Assembly: GCA_030433275.1 (NCBI GenBank)
Contig: JAUILK010000021.1
Coordinates: forward strand, 8,177 to 40,176
Length of the DNA stretch: 32,000 nucleotides
Source: Gammaproteobacteria bacterium
GTDB lineage: Bacteria > Pseudomonadota > Gammaproteobacteria > Nitrococcales > Nitrococcaceae
Direction of reading: 5' to 3'
Position numbers and translations under genes: made by a program
Part shown: piece after piece, positions 27,577-32,000 of the stretch
Numbering within the stretch: the stretch's first letter is position 1
How the letters are laid out: the number at the start of each line of letters is the position of its first letter
The notes under the pieces: model-generated
Told to the model about the DNA's origin: nothing
Databases searched by the model: none
Seen by the model: only the letters and a program-made list of their open reading frames with translations

Positions 27577-28725
27577 GTGCGTAATCCGTATCGTGTCCTG
27601 ATCTGGATGAGTCTGTTTCTAGTCGTCGTGGCTCTTGTCAGCGTTATGTTGGCAGTCCCGCTGCGCAGTGCCTTCATGGCGAATCCGGTATTCAATGGCA
27701 TGATCCTAACTGTGCTGTTCATCGGGCTTGTCGTCGATTATCGACAGGTGTTGGTGCTAGCTCCTGAAGTGCGTTGGATCGAAGCCTTTCGCCGTGCCGA
27801 AGGCGAGATGCCGTTGCCGAGCAGTCGGTTGCTTGGTTCGATGGCTCGTATGCTGACGGGTCGCCATGGGGACCGTTTCAGTCTCTCGGCGCTGTCGTTG
27901 CGCGCTTTGCTGGATGGAATCCGATCCCGCCTGGATGAGGCCCGCGACTTGTCTCGTTATATTGTCGGGCTGTTGGTTTTTCTGGGATTGCTCGGAACGT
28001 TTTGGGGCCTGCTTGAGACCCTGCGCGCCGTGGCGGGCGTGATCGGCGAACTGAACGTGCACACTCAGGGCACGGCAGCCATGTTCAGCGCGCTCAAGCT
28101 GGGTTTACAGCGGCCGCTCTCCGGTATGGGCACCGCGTTTAGCTCCTCGCTGTTCGGTTTGGCGGGTGCGTTGGTGTTGGGTTTTATTGATCTGCAGGCA
28201 GGGCACGCCCAAAACCGTTTTTACAATGACCTTGAAGAATGGCTCTCCGGTCAAACCCGATTATCCTCTGGAGCTTTCACTGGGGAAAGCGAGGGCATAT
28301 TGCCCGCCTATGTCCATGCCTTGCTGGAGCAGACTGCGGACAGTTTGGATAGGCTGCAGCGCGTGATGACACGCAGTGAGCATGAGCGGCACTCTGCTGA
28401 TCAAAAGCTGCTGAGTCTCACCGAGCAGATCGCGAACCTTTCCGAGCAGGTACGTAGCGAACAGAAGGGTTTGATCGGCTTGACTCGGATGCAGGCCGAG
28501 CTGCGGGGCCTATTGGACCGGCTTGCTGTTGGGCTCGAGGGTAACGAGGAGCATGCCCAAGAGGCAGGTGAATCCCTGCGTCATATTGTGCACGGCATCA
28601 CGAGCTTGCGCCAGGAGCTTATCGTGGATCGAGAACGTCTGAGCAACGAGTTACGCGAGGAAGTACGCTTGCTGACACGCACGGTGGCCCATTTGGGCAC
28701 TGTGGAGCGGTCCTCGAATCAATAA
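27577..28725 (+). CDS. MotA/TolQ/ExbB-type proton-channel family protein with a C-terminal helical tail of about 170 residues
   Basis: The GTG at 27577 has GGAGG (27566-27570) 6 nt upstream. The ORF track starts at 27541. Four hydrophobic helices are predicted. The channel-core-like motifs are YIVGLLVFLGLLGTFWGLLETL and GMGTAFSSSLFGLAGALVLGFIDL. Residues from about 210 to 382 are charge-rich and heptad-like (LDRLQRVMTRSEHERHSADQKLLSLTEQIANLSEQVRSEQ...). Confidence 0.7.
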   Translation: MRNPYRVLIWMSLFLVVVALVSVMLAVPLRSAFMANPVFNGMILTVLFIGLVVDYRQVLVLAPEVRWIEAFRRAEGEMPLPSSRLLGSMARMLTGRHGDRFSLSALSLRALLDGIRSRLDEARDLSRYIVGLLVFLGLLGTFWGLLETLRAVAGVIGELNVHTQGTAAMFSALKLGLQRPLSGMGTAFSSSLFGLAGALVLGFIDLQAGHAQNRFYNDLEEWLSGQTRLSSGAFTGESEGILPAYVHALLEQTADSLDRLQRVMTRSEHERHSADQKLLSLTEQIANLSEQVRSEQKGLIGLTRMQAELRGLLDRLAVGLEGNEEHAQEAGESLRHIVHGITSLRQELIVDRERLSNELREEVRLLTRTVAHLGTVERSSNQ

Positions 28726-28735
28726 CGCAAAGGCA

Positions 28736-30055
28736 ATGTTCGAAGCGCAGCGGCGCGGCCGCTACAGTCTCAATATTTGGCCGGGTTTCGTCGACTCTTT
28801 AGCCACGATTCTGTTGGTGTTCGTCTTTGTTTTACTGCTGTTCGTGGTGGGGCAATCCTATCTGAGTCAGGAGTTGACGGGGCAGAGTCAGGCACTGGAG
28901 CAGCTGCACGCGCAGCTGGATCAGCTTGCCCAGATGCTTTCGCTTGAACGGGAGCGCAAGGCGCAGGCCGAGGCAAGGCTATCACGGGTCTACCAACAGT
29001 TGCATGACACGCGCTCAGAGCGGGATCAATTGCATGCTGATCTGCAGATGACACGGGTCGAAATCAGCCAACTCAAGGCCGATGTGGCGCATGCCAACGA
29101 ACGAATCGATGTTTCCGAGCGGCAGCTCAAGCGGCGGTTCAGCGAGATTGCCTCGTTGCAGGCGGACATCGGTATGCTACGGAAGGTGCGTGAGACGCTT
29201 GAGGTGAAGGTCGGCGAGTTGGCTTCACATCTTGAACACTCCCAGGAGAAACTTGGTGTGGCTCGAGATCGCACTAAGGCGCTTGAGGCGCGGCTTGCCG
29301 AGGTGCAGGAGCGCACTCAACTGGCCCAGCAAACGCTGCGACGGCGGGAGGTCCGTATTCAGGATCTGGTGACCCAAGTAGAGGAGCGGCAAAAGGCGCT
29401 TGCGCACCAGCATTGGCTAAGCGCCGCTGCCGATGACAAGCTCAACGCCCTGCGCCGGCAGATCGAGGCTTTGCAAGAGCGGATCAACACGCTGGCCGTT
29501 GCGCTGCAGAGCTCCGAACAAACGGTGGCTTCTCAAAAGGTAGAGATCCGCCGTCTCGGCGGGCAGCTCAACGCGGCATTGGTTAAGAAAGTTAAGGAGC
29601 TGTCGTATTACCGTTCGGAATTCTTCGGCCGATTGCGTCGGGTGCTGGGCGATGTGCCGGAGATCCGGATCGTCGGCGATCGTTTCATGTTCCAGTCCGA
29701 GCTCTTCTTCCCCAGCGGTTCGGCGCAAATCGAAGCGTCGGGCAGGGATAAGCTCGATCGTCTCGCTGCCGTGCTCGAGGAAGTTTCCCGGCGCATCCCC
29801 GGCGAGGTCGATTGGGTGTTGCAGGTGGATGGTCATACCGACCGGCGTCCCATACACACGCTCCGCTTCCCTTCCAACTGGGAACTCTCGACGGCCCGTG
29901 CCTTAGCCATCGTCCATTATCTCGTCAGCCGGGATGTGCCGCCAAACCGGTTGGCGGCGGCGGGGTACGGCCAATACGATCCGCTCGACTCACGTAATTC
30001 AGAACGGGCCTTCGCGCGCAATCGCCGGATCGAGCTACGGTTGACGAGCCGCTGA
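28736..30055 (+). CDS. MotB-type partner: single TM with conserved Asp, long coiled coil, C-terminal OmpA-like peptidoglycan-binding domain
   Basis: It starts 10 nt after the upstream stop. It has a basic N-terminus and the TM helix WPGFVDSLATILLVFVFVLLLF (Asp20, nt 28793-28795). Residues about 45-290 look like coiled coil. The OmpA/MotB C-domain motifs are FFPSGSAQI, VDGHTDRRPI, NWELSTARALAIVHYL, GYGQYDPL and NRRIELRL. Confidence 0.78.
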   Translation: MFEAQRRGRYSLNIWPGFVDSLATILLVFVFVLLLFVVGQSYLSQELTGQSQALEQLHAQLDQLAQMLSLERERKAQAEARLSRVYQQLHDTRSERDQLHADLQMTRVEISQLKADVAHANERIDVSERQLKRRFSEIASLQADIGMLRKVRETLEVKVGELASHLEHSQEKLGVARDRTKALEARLAEVQERTQLAQQTLRRREVRIQDLVTQVEERQKALAHQHWLSAAADDKLNALRRQIEALQERINTLAVALQSSEQTVASQKVEIRRLGGQLNAALVKKVKELSYYRSEFFGRLRRVLGDVPEIRIVGDRFMFQSELFFPSGSAQIEASGRDKLDRLAAVLEEVSRRIPGEVDWVLQVDGHTDRRPIHTLRFPSNWELSTARALAIVHYLVSRDVPPNRLAAAGYGQYDPLDSRNSERAFARNRRIELRLTSR

Positions 30056-30096
30056 TCGAGCGGTTCGGATGGCCGCGCCGCACGGGTAGCCGGGGT

Positions 30097-30597
30097 TTAC
30101 AATTGCAGTTCGTCGAGAAAGGTCTCGAACAATCGCTCGAGCAGCGGCAGATGGGCGTTGAGTGTATGGTCTCCATCGAGTGCATGCAGCCGTGTGCGGT
30201 GTTGCTGCGCAAAGCGCCAGCTATGCTCAATGGGAATGATATCGTCAGCCCAGCCGTGCACGATCTCCACAAGGTTGGCGCGTGGCGGCGAATTGATTTG
30301 ATAACCGGGCATGAGCAGAGCGGGCGCGATCAAGAAAAGCCCCAGCGGATTTAGGGTGCGGCTCGCCACGGTAGTCACGTAGCCGCCCATGCTCGAACCG
30401 ACGAGCACTAGCGTGTCACCCATCGGTGGGTTGAGGGATAATAAATAACGCACTCGCTCGTCGGCGTCGTGGGTAAAGCGGAAGTCTGGGCTTTCCACGG
30501 CGAGTCCACGCCGGCGGGCGAGTTCGGCTAGTGCCGTGATTTTATATCCCCAAGGCCCGCTTTCCTTGCCGTGCGCGAAGTAGACACTCGTGCTCAT
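30097..30597 (-). CDS. Small alpha/beta-fold hydrolase (YqiA-like esterase size class)
   Basis: 166 aa. It has the nucleophile elbow GSSMGG (LVLVGSSMGGYV), then HGWADDIIP and a late His (DGDHTL), consistent with a Ser-Asp-His triad. The substrate is unknown. Confidence 0.65.
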   Translation of the reverse strand: MSTSVYFAHGKESGPWGYKITALAELARRRGLAVESPDFRFTHDADERVRYLLSLNPPMGDTLVLVGSSMGGYVTTVASRTLNPLGLFLIAPALLMPGYQINSPPRANLVEIVHGWADDIIPIEHSWRFAQQHRTRLHALDGDHTLNAHLPLLERLFETFLDELQL

Positions 30598-30613
30598 GAC
30601 CTAGCCAGTATTA

Positions 30614-30922
30614 TTATTGCCGTTGGCCAGCGGTAAGTGCAGCCAGTTCGACGGTAGGCCAAGCGTCGAACGGCCAAGGTCGTTTTTCGCGATTGAAGGT
30701 GACATAGAGCAGCACCTGGTAGAGGTAGGTGCTTAGTTGCTGTGCGAATATCAACAGCCGGGGGTTGCATGCGCCGCTGAGCAATGTGGCGGCGAACTGG
30801 AAGGCCACGATGGCCGTCAGTACCATTCCGGCGGTACTGTAAATAACCGAGAATAACACGATGAATAGGCCTCTCAGCCAGGTCTCCCGGCGGGTGAGGT
30901 GCGCTTTCAGCGTGGGATCCAT
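30614..30922 (-). CDS. DUF4389-domain small membrane protein
   Basis: The ATG at 30922 gives MDPTLKAHLTRRETWLRGLFIVLFSVIYSTAGMVLTAIVAFQFAATLLSG...LSTYLYQVLLYVTFNREKRPWPFDAWP. This matches the DUF4389 pattern I recall. The ORF-track N-terminal extension to 31090 is low-complexity sequence. Confidence 0.65.
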   Translation of the reverse strand: MDPTLKAHLTRRETWLRGLFIVLFSVIYSTAGMVLTAIVAFQFAATLLSGACNPRLLIFAQQLSTYLYQVLLYVTFNREKRPWPFDAWPTVELAALTAGQRQ

Positions 30923-31083
30923 GGAAAATGCCTCGTGTCGATGGGGCCAGGAGCGCATGATAACCGCCCTCGCGGTTGTGTAGTAGCCATCCGAGCGGGC
31001 CGTTCCACTCTTAAAAGCAGCCAGCCTCGGTTCCGGAGTGCTGGACGAGGGGCTCAAATACCGTGGGGCAGATGGGTTCGCGA

Positions 31084-31455
31084 TCAACACAGATCCAGCG
31101 CAAAGCGCTTGAGATCTTCCAGTGCCACCACCTCTAGGGCGGCCTCATGGGTGGCCGCGAGTACCACGCGTGGCGGGCAGCCTGCCTCCAGTGCCTCCTG
31201 CCAACGTGCTGCGCAAAGACACCAGCGGTCGTTGGGTTTGAGCCCAGGGAAGCCGGCCTCGGGTAGTGGAGTAGTGAGGTCATTGCCACGGGCGCGCGAG
31301 AAGGCGAGAAAAGCCTCAGTTACTTGAGTGCAAACCGCATGTACGCCAAGATCCTCGGGTCCTACTCGGCAGTGGCCGTCGCGATAAAACCCGGTTATAG
31401 GATCGTAGCAACAAGGCTCCAGCTCACTACCCAGTACGTTGCGATGTTCTGCCAT
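31084..31455 (-). CDS. DUF2237 family protein
   Basis: The ATG at 31455 gives MAEHRNVLGSELEPCCYDPITGFYRDGHCRVGPEDLGVHAVCTQVTEAFLAFSRARGNDLTTP...RWCLCAARWQEA, the characteristic Cys-rich DUF2237 sequence. Confidence 0.75.
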   Translation of the reverse strand: MAEHRNVLGSELEPCCYDPITGFYRDGHCRVGPEDLGVHAVCTQVTEAFLAFSRARGNDLTTPLPEAGFPGLKPNDRWCLCAARWQEALEAGCPPRVVLAATHEAALEVVALEDLKRFALDLC

Positions 31456-31590
31456 GGCTTTTATGGATCCTCTTTGCAAATCGTAACGAGACACCCAGTG
31501 TAGTCGCGGTGCTCGCTAATTCGAAGCCGGTTGCGTGTTGCGCCACCCAATCGAGCCGCAAAGCTCGTTTTCCTTCCGGGTAGGCACCAC

Positions 31591-32000
31591 TCATTGGTCG
31601 TTTATGGCAGCCAGCATGGAGTGGGCGGCTGTGATGATCTGCTCTTCATCTGGCAGTACTTGTTGTGCCGCTTTTCCCAAGGGGATATAGCTGTCGTCGC
31701 CGACGACGCGCCGAATTTGAATACCGTGACCGCAGGTTTCGACGATGGCGGTGACGATCTCCTCAGAGATCGCGCCGGTGCGCCGACCCTCATCGACCAC
31801 CAGAACCCGGCCGATCGACCGCGCGTGCCGAGCGATGATTATGCGGTTCAGTGGTTTAAGCCAGCGCAGATCGATGATACGTATCCGTCTCCCGCTCTGC
31901 CGGAGCAGCCGCCTCGCCGCTCGCAGCGACAGCCAGACCCCATTGCCATAGGTGATGATCAGCAACTCACGTGCCTGTGCATGATATACCCGCGCTGAAC
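31591..32000 (-). CDS. TPP-dependent 2-oxoacid dehydrogenase E1 beta-like / transketolase C-terminal domain protein; C-terminal part only, with the gene start beyond the right edge
   Basis: The frame stays open to the window edge (…SARVYHAQARELLIITYGNGVWLSLRAARRLL...IRIIDLRWLKPLN...VLVVDEGRRTGAISEEIVTAIVE). This is typical of the transketolase_C domain of E1 beta or fused E1 subunits. Confidence 0.7.
   Translation of the reverse strand, partial: SARVYHAQARELLIITYGNGVWLSLRAARRLLRQSGRRIRIIDLRWLKPLNRIIIARHARSIGRVLVVDEGRRTGAISEEIVTAIVETCGHGIQIRRVVGDDSYIPLGKAAQQVLPDEEQIITAAHSMLAAINDQ

Noticed and set aside
27234-27722. 162-aa minus-strand ORF spanning the intergenic region and the start of the MotA-like gene, overlapping the AI-2E transporter start by 4 nt.
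   Set aside because: The translation (…RTRYGLRTVGLQITPCARRTAYAILPQPW…) has no protein-like pattern. It runs through an AT-rich promoter-like region and overlaps the better-supported plus-strand gene.
27577-30055. Classifying the MotA/MotB-like pair as a Zorya anti-phage system.
   Set aside because: No ZorC/ZorD (type I), ZorE (type II) or ZorF/ZorG-like genes follow the pair. The next genes are convergent and unrelated. The A-subunit tail is far shorter than ZorA tails as I recall them. The resemblance is noted, but the label is not justified from this window.
1-32000. A search by eye for CRISPR repeats, tRNA/rRNA genes, IS or integrase genes, long direct or inverted repeats, and sigma-54 (TGGCAC-N5-TTGC) promoters.
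   Set aside because: I found no periodic repeat arrays, cloverleaf-capable segments in the intergenic regions, or transposase/integrase-like ORFs. The few TGGCAC occurrences (e.g. 7331, 8878, 14790, 16735) lack a properly spaced TTGC or lie inside coding sequence. A computational scan (tRNAscan-SE, Infernal, MinCED, ISEScan) would be needed to be definitive.

Overview
This is a GC-rich, densely coding chromosomal segment whose gene order looks gammaproteobacterial. I saw no rRNA, tRNA, CRISPR array, transposase or integrase. From 1 to 8.8 kb there is a housekeeping block: rsmB (partial), fmt and def on the minus strand, facing away from a TsaP-like LysM gene, dprA, smg, topA, tsaC and hemF on the plus strand. 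From 8.9 to 12.8 kb there are envelope and signalling accessory genes: a PilZ-domain protein, DjlA, a secreted DUF4139 (MuiA-like) protein and a second membrane-anchored J-domain protein. From 13.4 to 22.9 kb there is a hopanoid biosynthesis island: sqs-shc-hpnG, a convergent dxs, then ispH-hpnH and a GT2 glycosyltransferase. The glycosyltransferase reading frame is broken at a T7 run. From 23 to 27.2 kb there are a TerB-like protein, tex and an AI-2E transporter. The most unusual element is a two-gene module at 27.6-30.1 kb. It encodes a MotA/ExbB-type channel protein with a long helical C-terminal tail, and a MotB-type partner with a transmembrane Asp, a coiled coil of about 245 residues and an OmpA-like peptidoglycan-binding domain. 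No flagellar, Tol-Pal, TonB, gliding or Zorya effector genes lie nearby, so this is a candidate uncharacterised ion-driven motor. The right end carries a small alpha/beta hydrolase, DUF4389, DUF2237 and a partial TPP-dependent dehydrogenase E1-beta-like gene. All calls come from reading the translations and sequence by eye. No database search was run.
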